This document shows, piece after piece, positions 46,635 through 56,687 of a stretch of 64,000 nt of DNA. Source of the DNA: Clostridia bacterium. GTDB lineage: Bacteria > Bacillota > Clostridia > TANB77 > CAG-508. Position 1 is the stretch's first letter. Every line of letters begins with the position of its first letter. The stretch covers positions 130,499-194,498 of the forward strand of contig JAFWYK010000010.1 in the NCBI GenBank assembly GCA_017517685.1, written 5' to 3'. The notes beneath the pieces are model-generated. The model made no database searches. It had not been told where the DNA came from and was given only the letters and a program-made list of their open reading frames with translations. The translations under genes were made by a program, and so were the position numbers.

Positions 46635-47678
46635 ATGGTAGGCTATTTAGTACTAGAAAATGGTGAAATTTTTGAAGGAGAAAGAATAGGGGTTACTAAA
46701 GATACTGTTTGTGAAGTTGTATTTAATACTTCAATGGTTGGGTATATAGAAACCTTTACAGATCCATCTTACTTAGGACAAGGAATTGTTATGACATATC
46801 CATTAATTGGTAATTATGGAGTTATGCCAGAAGATTATGAATCAGATAAAATATATGCTAAAGCGATATTTGTTCATGAAGTTGCAGATTTTGAAAGTAA
46901 TTTTAGATCAAAATCAAATTTAGAGAAATTTTTAAGGGACTATAAAATTCCAGGACTTTCTGGAATAAATACAAGAAAACTTACACGTATGTTAAGAGAC
47001 GCTGGGACAATGAAAGGTTATTTAACATCAAATATTGATAATATTGATGATATTATGCAAAAGATTAAAGAATATAAAATTGAAAATCCAGTTGAATATG
47101 TAACTTGTAGACAAGCTAAAACATATGGAAAGGGAAAGTCAAAAAAGGTAGCTGTTTTAGATTGTGGAGTTAAACATAACTTAATTAATTCATTATTAAA
47201 AAGAGATGTTGAAGTTACTGTTTTTCCAGCGACGGCTGAACCAGAACAAATATTAAATTTAAGACCAAATGGAATATTAATATCAAATGGTCCTGGAAAC
47301 CCAATGGATTATAAAAAACAAATTAAAACAATACAAAAATTATATGATTCAAAAATTCCAATGTTTGGAGTTGCACTTGGTCATCAATTAATAGCGATAG
47401 CAAAAGGGGCTAAAACAGAAAAATTAAAATATGGACATAGAGGACCAAATCATCCAGTTAAAGATTTAAAGAAAGATAGAGTACATATCACATCGCAAAA
47501 TCATGGATATTATGTATCGGAAGATAGTTTAGATAAAAGTGTGGTTGAGATATCACATGTTAGTTTAAATGATAATACAGTAGAAGGATTAAGATATAAA
47601 GATAATAAAGTATTTACAATTCAATTTTATCCAGAAGATGCAGATTATATATATGATGAATTTTTAAAAATGATGTAA
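46635..47678 (+). CDS. carA: Carbamoyl-phosphate synthase small (glutaminase) subunit
   Basis: Class I GATase with the Cys-loop position occupied by GVALGHQL (Ala where the nucleophile Cys is expected), plus the N-terminal CPSase small-chain domain. Followed by carB. Confidence 0.93.
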   Translation: MVGYLVLENGEIFEGERIGVTKDTVCEVVFNTSMVGYIETFTDPSYLGQGIVMTYPLIGNYGVMPEDYESDKIYAKAIFVHEVADFESNFRSKSNLEKFLRDYKIPGLSGINTRKLTRMLRDAGTMKGYLTSNIDNIDDIMQKIKEYKIENPVEYVTCRQAKTYGKGKSKKVAVLDCGVKHNLINSLLKRDVEVTVFPATAEPEQILNLRPNGILISNGPGNPMDYKKQIKTIQKLYDSKIPMFGVALGHQLIAIAKGAKTEKLKYGHRGPNHPVKDLKKDRVHITSQNHGYYVSEDSLDKSVVEISHVSLNDNTVEGLRYKDNKVFTIQFYPEDADYIYDEFLKMM

Positions 47679-47688
47679 GGAGAAAAAG

Positions 47689-50600
47689 ATGCCAAAATAT
47701 AAGAGTATAAAAAAAGTATTAGTTATAGGATCAGGTCCAATAATAATTGGACAAGCAGCAGAGTTTGATTATGCAGGTACACAAGCTTGTAGAGAATTAA
47801 AAAAAGAGGGATTAGAAGTTGTTTTGATTAATTCAAATCCAGCAACAATAATGACTGATAAAAATATGGCAGATAAAATATATATTGAGCCATTAACTGT
47901 TGAAACTGTAAAGAAAATAATAGAAATTGAAAAACCAGATAGTATACTTCCAAATCTTGGTGGACAAACTGGACTTAATTTAGCTATGGAATTAGAAGAA
48001 GCCGGATTTTTAAAACAAATGAATGTAAAACTTCTAGGAACAGGTGTAGATGGAATAAGAAATGCTGAAGATAGACAATGTTTTAAAGATATGATGGAAG
48101 CAATAAATGAACCATGTATTGCAAGTAAAGTTGTTCATACTGTAGAAGATGCTGTAGAATTTACGAAAGAAATAGGATTACCAGTAATAATTAGACCAGC
48201 TTACACTTTAGGTGGTACAGGTGGTGGTATTGCTTATACAATGGAAGAATTGGAAGAAATTGCTGGTTCTGGAATAAGAATGTCTAGAGTAAATGAAATA
48301 TTAGTTGAAAAATGTATCACAGGTTGGAAAGAGATTGAATTTGAGGTAATGAGAGATAGAAAAGGAAATGCTATTGCTATCTGTAGTATGGAAAATATAG
48401 ATCCAGTTGGCGTACATACAGGTGATAGTATAGTTGTTGCACCAGCACAAACTCTTTCAAATGTAGAATATACAATGCTTAAAAATTCAGCAATGAAAAT
48501 AATAGAAGCATTAAAAATAGAAGGTGGATGTAACGTACAATTTGCACTTCACCCAACAAGTTTTGAATATGCAGTAATAGAAGTAAATCCAAGAGTTAGC
48601 CGTTCTTCAGCATTGGCTTCTAAAGCTACAGGTTATCCAATTGCAAAAGTATCTAGTAAAATTGCATTAGGATATACATTAGATGAAATAAAAAATGAAG
48701 TTACTGGAAAAACATTTGCATGTTTTGAACCAACTATAGACTATGTTGTTGTTAAAGTTCCAAAATGGCCATTTAAAAAATTTTTAACTGCAAATCGTAC
48801 TTTAGGAACACAAATGAAAGCAACAGGAGAAGTAATGGCGATAGCTCCAAATTTAGAAGCGGGACTTATGAAAGCTATCAGATCATTAGAAGAAAATGTT
48901 GAATATCTAAGATTAGATTCATTAGCAAGATTAGAAAAAAATGATATAGAAGAAAAATTAAGACAAGTTGATAATGAAAGATTATTTGTGATAGCAGAAG
49001 CTATAAGAAAAGAAATTTCAGTTGAAAGAATATCAGAACTTACAACAATTGATAGATTCTTTATAGGAGCTATTTATAAATTGATTAAAATGGAAAAAGA
49101 ATTAGAATTTAATCAAATGAATTCTAAGATGCTTGAGAAAGCTAAAAAACTAGGCTTTACTGATAAAATTATAGCTAAAATTTCAGGTAAAACAGAAGAT
49201 GAAATTAGGAAATTACGTGAGAAATTTGGAATTAAAGCAAACTTTAAATTAGTAGATACATGTGCAGCTGAGTTTGAAGCGCAAACTCCATATTATTATT
49301 CAAGTTATGATGATGAGTGCGAATCTAAACCGTCAAATAAAAAGAAAGTTATGGTTTTAGGTTCAGGACCTATTAGAATTGGACAAGGTATAGAGTTTGA
49401 TTATTGTAGTGTACATGGAGTGTGGGCACTAAAAAAACAAGGTTATGAAACAATTATAGTTAATAATAATCCAGAAACAGTAAGCACAGACTTTGATATT
49501 GCTGATAAATTATATTTTGAACCATTAACACGTGAAGATGTTGAAAATATAGTAAATACAGAAAAACCAGATGGGGCAATAGTACAATTTGGCGGTCAAA
49601 CAGCTATTAAATTAACAAAAGCTTTAACTGAAATGGGTGTTAAGATTTTAGGAACACAAGAAGTTGATATGGACAGAGCTGAAGATAGAAAAGAATTTGA
49701 TGAAGCATTAAGTAATTGCGGAATTTTAAGACCAAAGGGTAGTACAATATTTACTGTAGAAGAAGCAAAGATGGTTGCAAATAAACTAGGATATCCAGTT
49801 TTGGTTAGACCATCATATGTTCTTGGTGGACAAGGTATGGCTATAGCTTATGATGATAGAGAAATTGAGACATATGTAAATGAAATTAATACAATTGAAC
49901 AAGAACATCCAATATTAGTAGACAAATATATTTTAGGTAGAGAAGTTGAAGTAGATGCAATTTGTGATGGAGATGATATATTAATTCCAGGTATAATGGA
50001 ACATTTAGAAAGAGCAGGAGTTCACTCTGGAGATAGTATTTCAGTATATCCTACACAAAATGTAACTTTAGATCAAGAAGAGAAGATTATTGAGTATACA
50101 GAAAAAATTGCAAAAGAATTAAATATTATTGGTATATTAAATATTCAATTTATTATAAGCGAAGGAGAAGTATATATAATAGAAGTAAATCCACGTTCAA
50201 GTAGAACAGTTCCTTATATAAGTAAAGTTACAAACTTGCCAATGATAGATGTTGCAACAAATGTTATTTTAGGAAAAAAACTAAAAGATTTAGGATATGG
50301 TACTGGATTATATAAAAAGAGCGATTATATATGTGTTAAAATGCCAGTATTCTCATTTGAAAAAATAAAAAATGCGGATACATCTTTAGGTCCTGAAATG
50401 AAATCTACAGGTGAAGTTTTAGGAGTATCTAAGAAGTTTGAAAATGCTGTATTAAAAGCGTTTATTGGAAGTGGTGCGAATGTATCTAAAAAAGGTGCTA
50501 TATTAATTACAGTAAGAGATAAAGATAAAGCAGAAGTAGTTCCGATAGCAGAAAGATTTAAAGCAAAAGGGTTTGATATTTATGCAACTTCTGGAACTGC

Positions 50601-50886
50601 TAAATACTTAAAAGAAAATGGAGTAGAGTCAATAGTAATTGAAAAACTATGGGAAGGAAGAAATAGTATAATTGATCTAATTGAATTTGGAAAAATTAAC
50701 TTTGTTGTTAATACTCCAACTAAAGGAAAACAATCAAATAGAGATGGTTTTAAAATTAGAAGAATGGCTGTTGAATGTAAAATTCCATGTTTTACATCAT
50801 TAGATACAGCTTGGGCTTTATATAAAGCAATTGAAACTGGAATAGAGGAGAAGAACTTAAAACCAGTTGATATAACAAAAATATAA
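47689..50886 (+). CDS. carB: Carbamoyl-phosphate synthase large subunit
   Basis: 1065 aa, duplicated ATP-grasp halves (VLVIGSGPIIIGQAAEFDYAG and VMVLGSGPIRIGQGIEFDYC) and a MGS-like C-terminal domain. Confidence 0.97.
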   Translation: MPKYKSIKKVLVIGSGPIIIGQAAEFDYAGTQACRELKKEGLEVVLINSNPATIMTDKNMADKIYIEPLTVETVKKIIEIEKPDSILPNLGGQTGLNLAMELEEAGFLKQMNVKLLGTGVDGIRNAEDRQCFKDMMEAINEPCIASKVVHTVEDAVEFTKEIGLPVIIRPAYTLGGTGGGIAYTMEELEEIAGSGIRMSRVNEILVEKCITGWKEIEFEVMRDRKGNAIAICSMENIDPVGVHTGDSIVVAPAQTLSNVEYTMLKNSAMKIIEALKIEGGCNVQFALHPTSFEYAVIEVNPRVSRSSALASKATGYPIAKVSSKIALGYTLDEIKNEVTGKTFACFEPTIDYVVVKVPKWPFKKFLTANRTLGTQMKATGEVMAIAPNLEAGLMKAIRSLEENVEYLRLDSLARLEKNDIEEKLRQVDNERLFVIAEAIRKEISVERISELTTIDRFFIGAIYKLIKMEKELEFNQMNSKMLEKAKKLGFTDKIIAKISGKTEDEIRKLREKFGIKANFKLVDTCAAEFEAQTPYYYSSYDDECESKPSNKKKVMVLGSGPIRIGQGIEFDYCSVHGVWALKKQGYETIIVNNNPETVSTDFDIADKLYFEPLTREDVENIVNTEKPDGAIVQFGGQTAIKLTKALTEMGVKILGTQEVDMDRAEDRKEFDEALSNCGILRPKGSTIFTVEEAKMVANKLGYPVLVRPSYVLGGQGMAIAYDDREIETYVNEINTIEQEHPILVDKYILGREVEVDAICDGDDILIPGIMEHLERAGVHSGDSISVYPTQNVTLDQEEKIIEYTEKIAKELNIIGILNIQFIISEGEVYIIEVNPRSSRTVPYISKVTNLPMIDVATNVILGKKLKDLGYGTGLYKKSDYICVKMPVFSFEKIKNADTSLGPEMKSTGEVLGVSKKFENAVLKAFIGSGANVSKKGAILITVRDKDKAEVVPIAERFKAKGFDIYATSGTAKYLKENGVESIVIEKLWEGRNSIIDLIEFGKINFVVNTPTKGKQSNRDGFKIRRMAVECKIPCFTSLDTAWALYKAIETGIEEKNLKPVDITKI

Positions 50887-50961
50887 AATTTACAAAACTT
50901 ATAAAATGCGCGATTCATGTGGATTGCGCGTTTTTTATTTATTAATAATATCTTAAGGCTA

Positions 50962-51011
50962 TTGACATATATTATATAAATAAATATAATTGTACTAGTA
51001 CAAATAGTACA
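50962..51011 (+). promoter_or_regulatory. ABC-operon promoter with a palindromic operator
   Basis: TTGACA-17-TATAAT (50962..50990), immediately followed by the perfect palindrome TGTACTAGTACA (50991..51002) and an extra AGTACA half-site (51006..51011). This fits GntR/YtrA-type GT-N-AC operators. Confidence 0.55.
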
Positions 51012-51033
51012 AACAAAAATAAGGAGGTTTGTT

Positions 51034-51930
51034 ATGATTAAAATTACAGACTTGAATAAAACCTTTGGTAATAAAAAGGTTTTAGAAAATCTTAATTGTA
51101 ATATTCAAACTGGTTCGATATATGGCTTAATAGGAGCAAATGGAGCTGGTAAATCAACACTTTTAAGAATCATAAATGATGTATACAGAAAAGACTCTGG
51201 AAGTGTATTAATTGATGGAGAAGAAGTACAAGATAATGAAAAATTAAAACAAAGATTAGCTTTTTTACCGGATGATTTATATTTGATTCAAGGTTATACA
51301 TTAAAAGATATGGCTAAATTTTATGAAGCTATGTATGAAAAATTTGATATGAAATATGTAGAAGAACTAGCTGGGATATTAAAACTTGATTTAAATACAA
51401 AACTTGATAGTTTTTCGAAAGGTATGAAAAGACAATGTGCGTTAATATGTATTTTAGCAACTAATGCGGATTATATGTTTTTTGATGAAACATTTGATGG
51501 ATTAGATCCTGTTGTAAGAAATCTTATGAAAAAAATACTAGCTAAACATATGGCAAATAAAAATACAACAATTATTATGACAAGTCATAACTTAAGAGAA
51601 CTTGAAGATATATGTGATAATTTAGGAGTGCTTTATAAAGGTGGAGTTTTATTCGAAAGTGATATAGATACATTAAAGACAAATATGTTTAAAGTTCAAA
51701 TATCATTTAAAGAAGAATTTAATGAAGAAATTTTTAAAGATTTAAATCCAATTTCATATAAAAAAGTTGGTTCAGTTGCAACTGTAATTTTTAAAGATGA
51801 AAAAGAAAAAGTAGAAGAAGCATTAAAGAAAATGAATCCAGTAATACTTGATTTTTTATCATTAACTCTAGAAGAAATATTTATTTATGAAATGGAGGTA
51901 ATTGGCTATGAATTTAATCAAGTTTTTTAA
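51034..51930 (+). CDS. ABC transporter ATP-binding protein
   Basis: Walker A GANGAGKST, signature FSKGMKRQ, Walker B MFFDE. Confidence 0.9.
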   Translation: MIKITDLNKTFGNKKVLENLNCNIQTGSIYGLIGANGAGKSTLLRIINDVYRKDSGSVLIDGEEVQDNEKLKQRLAFLPDDLYLIQGYTLKDMAKFYEAMYEKFDMKYVEELAGILKLDLNTKLDSFSKGMKRQCALICILATNADYMFFDETFDGLDPVVRNLMKKILAKHMANKNTTIIMTSHNLRELEDICDNLGVLYKGGVLFESDIDTLKTNMFKVQISFKEEFNEEIFKDLNPISYKKVGSVATVIFKDEKEKVEEALKKMNPVILDFLSLTLEEIFIYEMEVIGYEFNQVF

Positions 51931-53998
51931 GAAAAATTATGCACTTCAAAATATGAAAAAATCTAAAGGAATATTAGCAATAATGTTAATAGTTATTCCT
52001 GTAATAACAACGTTTTGTTTATACGCACATGATTCATCAAGATATGTAAATCCTTATGAAATATTTGTAGCTGGTGGTGCAAACTTTTTTGGAATGATTA
52101 TAATTCCATTTATATTATCTAATGTTTTATTTGGATATGTATATAAGAGAAACAGTATTGATTTTATAAATTCAATGCCAATAAATAGGAAAAATTTATA
52201 TTTTACCAATATTGTCGTTGGTATATTATATATATTAATTTTACAAGTAATAACATTTTTATTTGCATCTATTTATATTGTTTCAGTTGGTGATTCTCTG
52301 TTTAGTATAAAATTGATGTTTGATATAGCACTTGCTATGTCACTTGCATATGCGTTTTTATATATTTGTTCGACTTTAGCATTAACTGTATCTGGAAATA
52401 GATTCATACAACTTGTTGTATTAATAATTGTGTTATTTACAATACCATTTGTAAGAATGACTAATTTAGGTAGTTTTATACAAAATTCAAAATCAATATT
52501 TTTAGTTAATGATAATGGTATTGCAACAGAACATTTTATTGATGAAGAGCATGTGTTTGCAATGCCTCTTACAACATTTATCTCATTTGTTGGTGAGGAT
52601 CGTGTTTTAGAACCTAAATCAGCATTACTTACACTTGGTTTAGCAGTTTTATATACAATAATTGGATATAAATTATTCGAAAAAAGAAAAATGGAAAATA
52701 CAGGGAATTCTTTTGAAAGTGAAAAATTACATTTATTAGTAAAGGGAATTACACTTTATCCAGTATGGGTAGTTTTATATCAAATATATGATGAATTAGA
52801 GATTCCACAATTATTATTAATTATGTTTGTTGTGTTTGTATATTATTTTGTATACGATTTAATAACAATTAAAAAGATTAAATTTAAAACAACATGTGTA
52901 GCATTTGTAGTTACATCAGTAGTGTTATTATTAACAACTATGGGGCTTACAAAAGTAGGTGAATTAACAAATGAACAAAAAGAATACTATTATGCTAATG
53001 AAATTAATAGTATGGAAATAAGACTTTCTGAATTGTTTTATGGAAATATGAGTTATGGCGAAATTAAAGATGAAAATTTAAATAAATTAATTTTATCTCA
53101 AATAACCAAAAATGATTATACAAGACATGGATATGGAGGGTCTGTTGCTGTTGATGTATCAAAAGTAGATAGCTATGTTAAAAATTACTCTATATCAGTA
53201 AAATGTAATTTTAACAATAATGAAGATATAAAAATTTCAGGAACAATTGATAAGGATACGTATATTCAATTATTAAATTATGTTTTAAATGATGAAGAAT
53301 ATATTAATGGATTAGTTGAAGAATGGAAAATTTCTAAAGATGCAATGCTTGAAATTGTAGATGGAACTTCTGATAAAGTGTTTGTTGGAAAAGAAGCTGA
53401 AAGAATAAAAGAAGTTATTAATAAAAATTTACATGAACATTTAAAAGAAAAAATATCACAAGAATTGAATTCAATAGAAAATGGTTCAAATTATAAAATG
53501 GATTATTACGATTATAATTATTATGCAGTAGACAATATTGAAATATATGAATATGAAGATTTTGAAGTAAAAAATTATAATGTTAGCTTTGATGTACGTT
53601 CAGAAGTTGCTCAAGTTATTTATGATGAATTAAATAAAGCTGCTCTTGAAATTAGTGAAGAATATTTAAAAGATATTGATGGTGAAGATGAGTTTGATTA
53701 TAGATATGAAACAAATGGAAGAATAGCAAGATTTAATAATGATTCATATGTAGAATATGCAAATATTTATGATGCTGATATTAGATTAATAAAAGAATAT
53801 ATCGAAAAAGTAAAAGATATAGAATTTGATGTAACAAAAGAATTTTATCAAATTGATTTGTATAGTATGGATTGTATATTGTTTGTTAACTCTATTGAAG
53901 AATTTGAAAGAACAATCCCAGGTGTAACAAAAGACTATAATGATGATACATATAGATATTCAGATATAAATACGGATGTAAATTCATTAAATTATTAA
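51908..53998 (+). CDS. ABC-2-type permease-like membrane protein with a large C-terminal extracytoplasmic region
   Basis: Multiple TM helices in the first 350 aa, then a 330-aa soluble region. Start overlaps the ATPase gene end (ATG 51908 behind GGAGG). Confidence 0.7.
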   Translation: MNLIKFFKKNYALQNMKKSKGILAIMLIVIPVITTFCLYAHDSSRYVNPYEIFVAGGANFFGMIIIPFILSNVLFGYVYKRNSIDFINSMPINRKNLYFTNIVVGILYILILQVITFLFASIYIVSVGDSLFSIKLMFDIALAMSLAYAFLYICSTLALTVSGNRFIQLVVLIIVLFTIPFVRMTNLGSFIQNSKSIFLVNDNGIATEHFIDEEHVFAMPLTTFISFVGEDRVLEPKSALLTLGLAVLYTIIGYKLFEKRKMENTGNSFESEKLHLLVKGITLYPVWVVLYQIYDELEIPQLLLIMFVVFVYYFVYDLITIKKIKFKTTCVAFVVTSVVLLLTTMGLTKVGELTNEQKEYYYANEINSMEIRLSELFYGNMSYGEIKDENLNKLILSQITKNDYTRHGYGGSVAVDVSKVDSYVKNYSISVKCNFNNNEDIKISGTIDKDTYIQLLNYVLNDEEYINGLVEEWKISKDAMLEIVDGTSDKVFVGKEAERIKEVINKNLHEHLKEKISQELNSIENGSNYKMDYYDYNYYAVDNIEIYEYEDFEVKNYNVSFDVRSEVAQVIYDELNKAALEISEEYLKDIDGEDEFDYRYETNGRIARFNNDSYVEYANIYDADIRLIKEYIEKVKDIEFDVTKEFYQIDLYSMDCILFVNSIEEFERTIPGVTKDYNDDTYRYSDINTDVNSLNY

Positions 53999-54016
53999 AG
54001 AAAGGAGTTTGATGTA

Positions 54017-54370
54017 ATGATTAATTTAGATTACCAAAGTAGAAAACCAATTTATATGCAAATAGTAAATGGTATTGAAAGATATGTAGCTTTGGAAATA
54101 TTAAAACCAGAACAACAAATTCCATCTATTAGAGACTTAGCTACAGAGCTTGGAGTTAATCCTAATACTGTAAAAAAAGCTTATTCAATTTTAGAACAAA
54201 GAGGAGTTATAGTAACATTATCAACAAAAGGAACTTTTATTACTATAAAAACTGATAAAGTTTTTGAAAAAACAGTTGAAGAAAAAATTGAAGAGATAAA
54301 AAAACAAATTAATGAACTTGAAAAGTTCGGAATTGATAGAAAAGAAATAATAAAAAGAATATCAAAATAG
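54017..54370 (+). CDS. GntR-family (YtrA-subfamily) transcriptional regulator
   Basis: PIYMQIVNGIERYVALEILKPEQQIPSIRDLATELGVNPNTVKKAYSILEQRGVI is a winged HTH, with a short helical C-terminus. Confidence 0.85.
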   Translation: MINLDYQSRKPIYMQIVNGIERYVALEILKPEQQIPSIRDLATELGVNPNTVKKAYSILEQRGVIVTLSTKGTFITIKTDKVFEKTVEEKIEEIKKQINELEKFGIDRKEIIKRISK

Positions 54371-54496
54371 GTAATTGCCATGCTATTTAGCATGGCAATT
54401 TTTTTCATTATATGTAAAAATTGCATTAAAAAATGAGATATGTTATAATTATAAGTGAGATGATATTTATTTCTAAAGAACATTAGGAGGTTACAT

Positions 54497-55708
54497 ATGG
54501 AAACTTTCAAAATAAACTACAAAGGAGAAAAGATTGATGCTGTTAAAACAGATCATGGAGGATATACTGCTACTTTGCCTGTAAGATTTGGGGATAAAGG
54601 AACTGTATATACAGAGACTGTTTCAAGAGTAGAAAATGGATGGAGATTTACATCAACAGAGTCAGAACATGCTGATTATTATTTTGATGTTTATTTATAT
54701 GATGATGGTACAACTGGATGGACAAATGATATGCAAAATCGTATAGTAAAATCAGATTCAAAATTTAATCCAAGTTTTTATGATAAATCAGATCCAGTTG
54801 CAAAAGTTTGTGCAGATATGTATGAAGTTATACAAGGTTTTTATGAACATGAAAAAAGAGGTATAGATGCAGAAAAAGTTATTGGATTAAGACAAGCTTA
54901 TCTACATACAATGCTTAAAATGCTAGGTTATACAAGTACAGACAGAGTAGGTAAAGAATTAGATCCAAACAAAAGCTTTAAAGCGTTAGGAAAAGTAGCT
55001 AGTATGCTTGAAAGATATAAAAACTTAGCGACAATGTTTAAACAAACAAAACCTGGAGTTTATGAAGTTAATGTACCAGAAGGAATGACACAAGATGAAT
55101 TGAAAGATGTTATTATTGCCGTTGGTACTGATGTTAGAAAATTAAATGAGAGAATGGATGCAGAAGAAGATTTGAATCAAACTAAAAGAGCTGTTCTTCC
55201 AAATTTTGGGTTAACAATGACAGACGAAGTTAAACCCGATGAATATGCAGTTTATTCAGAGAATGTTGCTAAAGTAGCGGAATTATTATTAGAACTTAAC
55301 TATGATATTGTAGCCGAAAATGATAGAAAAACAATAAAAGATGAAAGTGGACTAGATGGATTAGAATTAGGAGATAAAATATCTAGAGTAATAGATACAA
55401 AAGAATTTTCAGAAGCTTGTCACACAGAAGATAATTATGTAAAAGCTGAAAATGAAAGATTAGCAGAAGAAATAGATAGATTAATTGATGATTCTGAAAG
55501 AGTTATTAATTCTTCTGTTGGAGCAGCATTAGATTTTTTAAAAAGACAAGCGATGATATCAAGAGACGAAAGAAAAGAATTTATCGAAAAATATCAAGAA
55601 ATTGAAAAATTGTATTACTCAAAATTAGGAATGAAAAAACCAGAAGATCCTGTACAAGACGAAGAAAAAGTTGAAGAGGAAGAAGGTATTGAGCCATATG
55701 ATGAATAA
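54497..55708 (+). CDS. Hypothetical acidic protein
   Basis: 403-aa ORF with SD AGGAGG. I recognise no motif. Confidence 0.65.
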   Translation: METFKINYKGEKIDAVKTDHGGYTATLPVRFGDKGTVYTETVSRVENGWRFTSTESEHADYYFDVYLYDDGTTGWTNDMQNRIVKSDSKFNPSFYDKSDPVAKVCADMYEVIQGFYEHEKRGIDAEKVIGLRQAYLHTMLKMLGYTSTDRVGKELDPNKSFKALGKVASMLERYKNLATMFKQTKPGVYEVNVPEGMTQDELKDVIIAVGTDVRKLNERMDAEEDLNQTKRAVLPNFGLTMTDEVKPDEYAVYSENVAKVAELLLELNYDIVAENDRKTIKDESGLDGLELGDKISRVIDTKEFSEACHTEDNYVKAENERLAEEIDRLIDDSERVINSSVGAALDFLKRQAMISRDERKEFIEKYQEIEKLYYSKLGMKKPEDPVQDEEKVEEEEGIEPYDE

Positions 55709-55895
55709 TGATGAATTTGAAAAATTAAGATTAGAATATGAAAAAGGAAAAATTGCAGTAAAAGAACTATCTTACGAAGAAATAAATAAATTGTCAGAAT
55801 ATTATAAAGATGAAATTGAAACTAATAAAAGAGAAATAGAAGAAACGAAACGTAAGATTGAAGAAATGAGAAAGAAAATAGAAAGTATTATATAA
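55698..55895 (+). CDS. Small coiled-coil protein
   Basis: 65 aa, E/K-rich heptad pattern. The ATG overlaps the stop region of the upstream gene (ATGATGAATAATGA). Confidence 0.5.
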   Translation: MMNNDEFEKLRLEYEKGKIAVKELSYEEINKLSEYYKDEIETNKREIEETKRKIEEMRKKIESII

Positions 55896-56042
55896 CTTTA
55901 AATAGCTGTCTGGTTATGCTAGATAGCTATTTGTTTTTTGGTCAAAAAATCGAGCTAATTTTGATAAAAAACGCATCTAGTTTTTGATACCAAATTGGCT
56001 TGTATCAACAAACTGACCGATTATTCACTTTATATAAATTAC

Positions 56043-56082
56043 TTGCAAATTTGATTTAAAAAATATATAATACATATGTATT
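56043..56082 (+). promoter_or_regulatory. TetR-operon promoter with an overlapping palindrome
   Basis: TTGCAA-17-TATAAT (56043..56071). The perfect 14-bp palindrome AATACATATGTATT (56069..56082) overlaps the -10. Confidence 0.55.
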
Positions 56083-56106
56083 TTAAATAGGAATAAAGGT
56101 AAGCTT

Positions 56107-56685
56107 ATGAATAAAACAAAAAGAAAGATATTTGAAACATCATTAAAGCTTTTTTCAGAAAAAGGTTATGATGCAACAAGTATTGAAGAAATAACTGCGA
56201 CAGTAGGCGTTGCTAAAGGGACTTTATATTATCATTTTAATAGCAAAGAAGAAATTTTTAATTTCTTAGTTGAAGAGGGAATGAAACTATTAATTAATAG
56301 TATTGAAATTAAAATATCAAAATGTGATAACACATTAGATAAATTAAAAGCTGTTTCACTAATTCAATTAAAAGCTGTTGCAAAATATGAAAATTTATTA
56401 ACTATTGTATTAAGTCAAACATGGGGGAATGAAGCACGTAATGTTTTCTGTAAAGAAAAGGTTATCGAGTATGTGGATAAAGTACAGGAAATAGTACAAG
56501 AAGGTGTGGATAACGGAGATATAGTAAATTGTAATGCTGAAATGTTAGCGTCTGAACTGTTCTCATTAACATGTGCAGCACTTATTTATAAAAGAAAAGC
56601 AAATTTAGAACAAATTAGCGTTCAAGATATGTATAAAGAATATGAAAAAACTTTTTTTAATAAATTAGTATCAAGAGGAGAATAA
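56107..56685 (+). CDS. TetR/AcrR-family transcriptional regulator
   Basis: KRKIFETSLKLFSEKGYDATSIEEITATVGVAKGTLYYHF is the TetR HTH signature. Confidence 0.9.
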   Translation: MNKTKRKIFETSLKLFSEKGYDATSIEEITATVGVAKGTLYYHFNSKEEIFNFLVEEGMKLLINSIEIKISKCDNTLDKLKAVSLIQLKAVAKYENLLTIVLSQTWGNEARNVFCKEKVIEYVDKVQEIVQEGVDNGDIVNCNAEMLASELFSLTCAALIYKRKANLEQISVQDMYKEYEKTFFNKLVSRGE

Positions 56686-56687
56686 AA

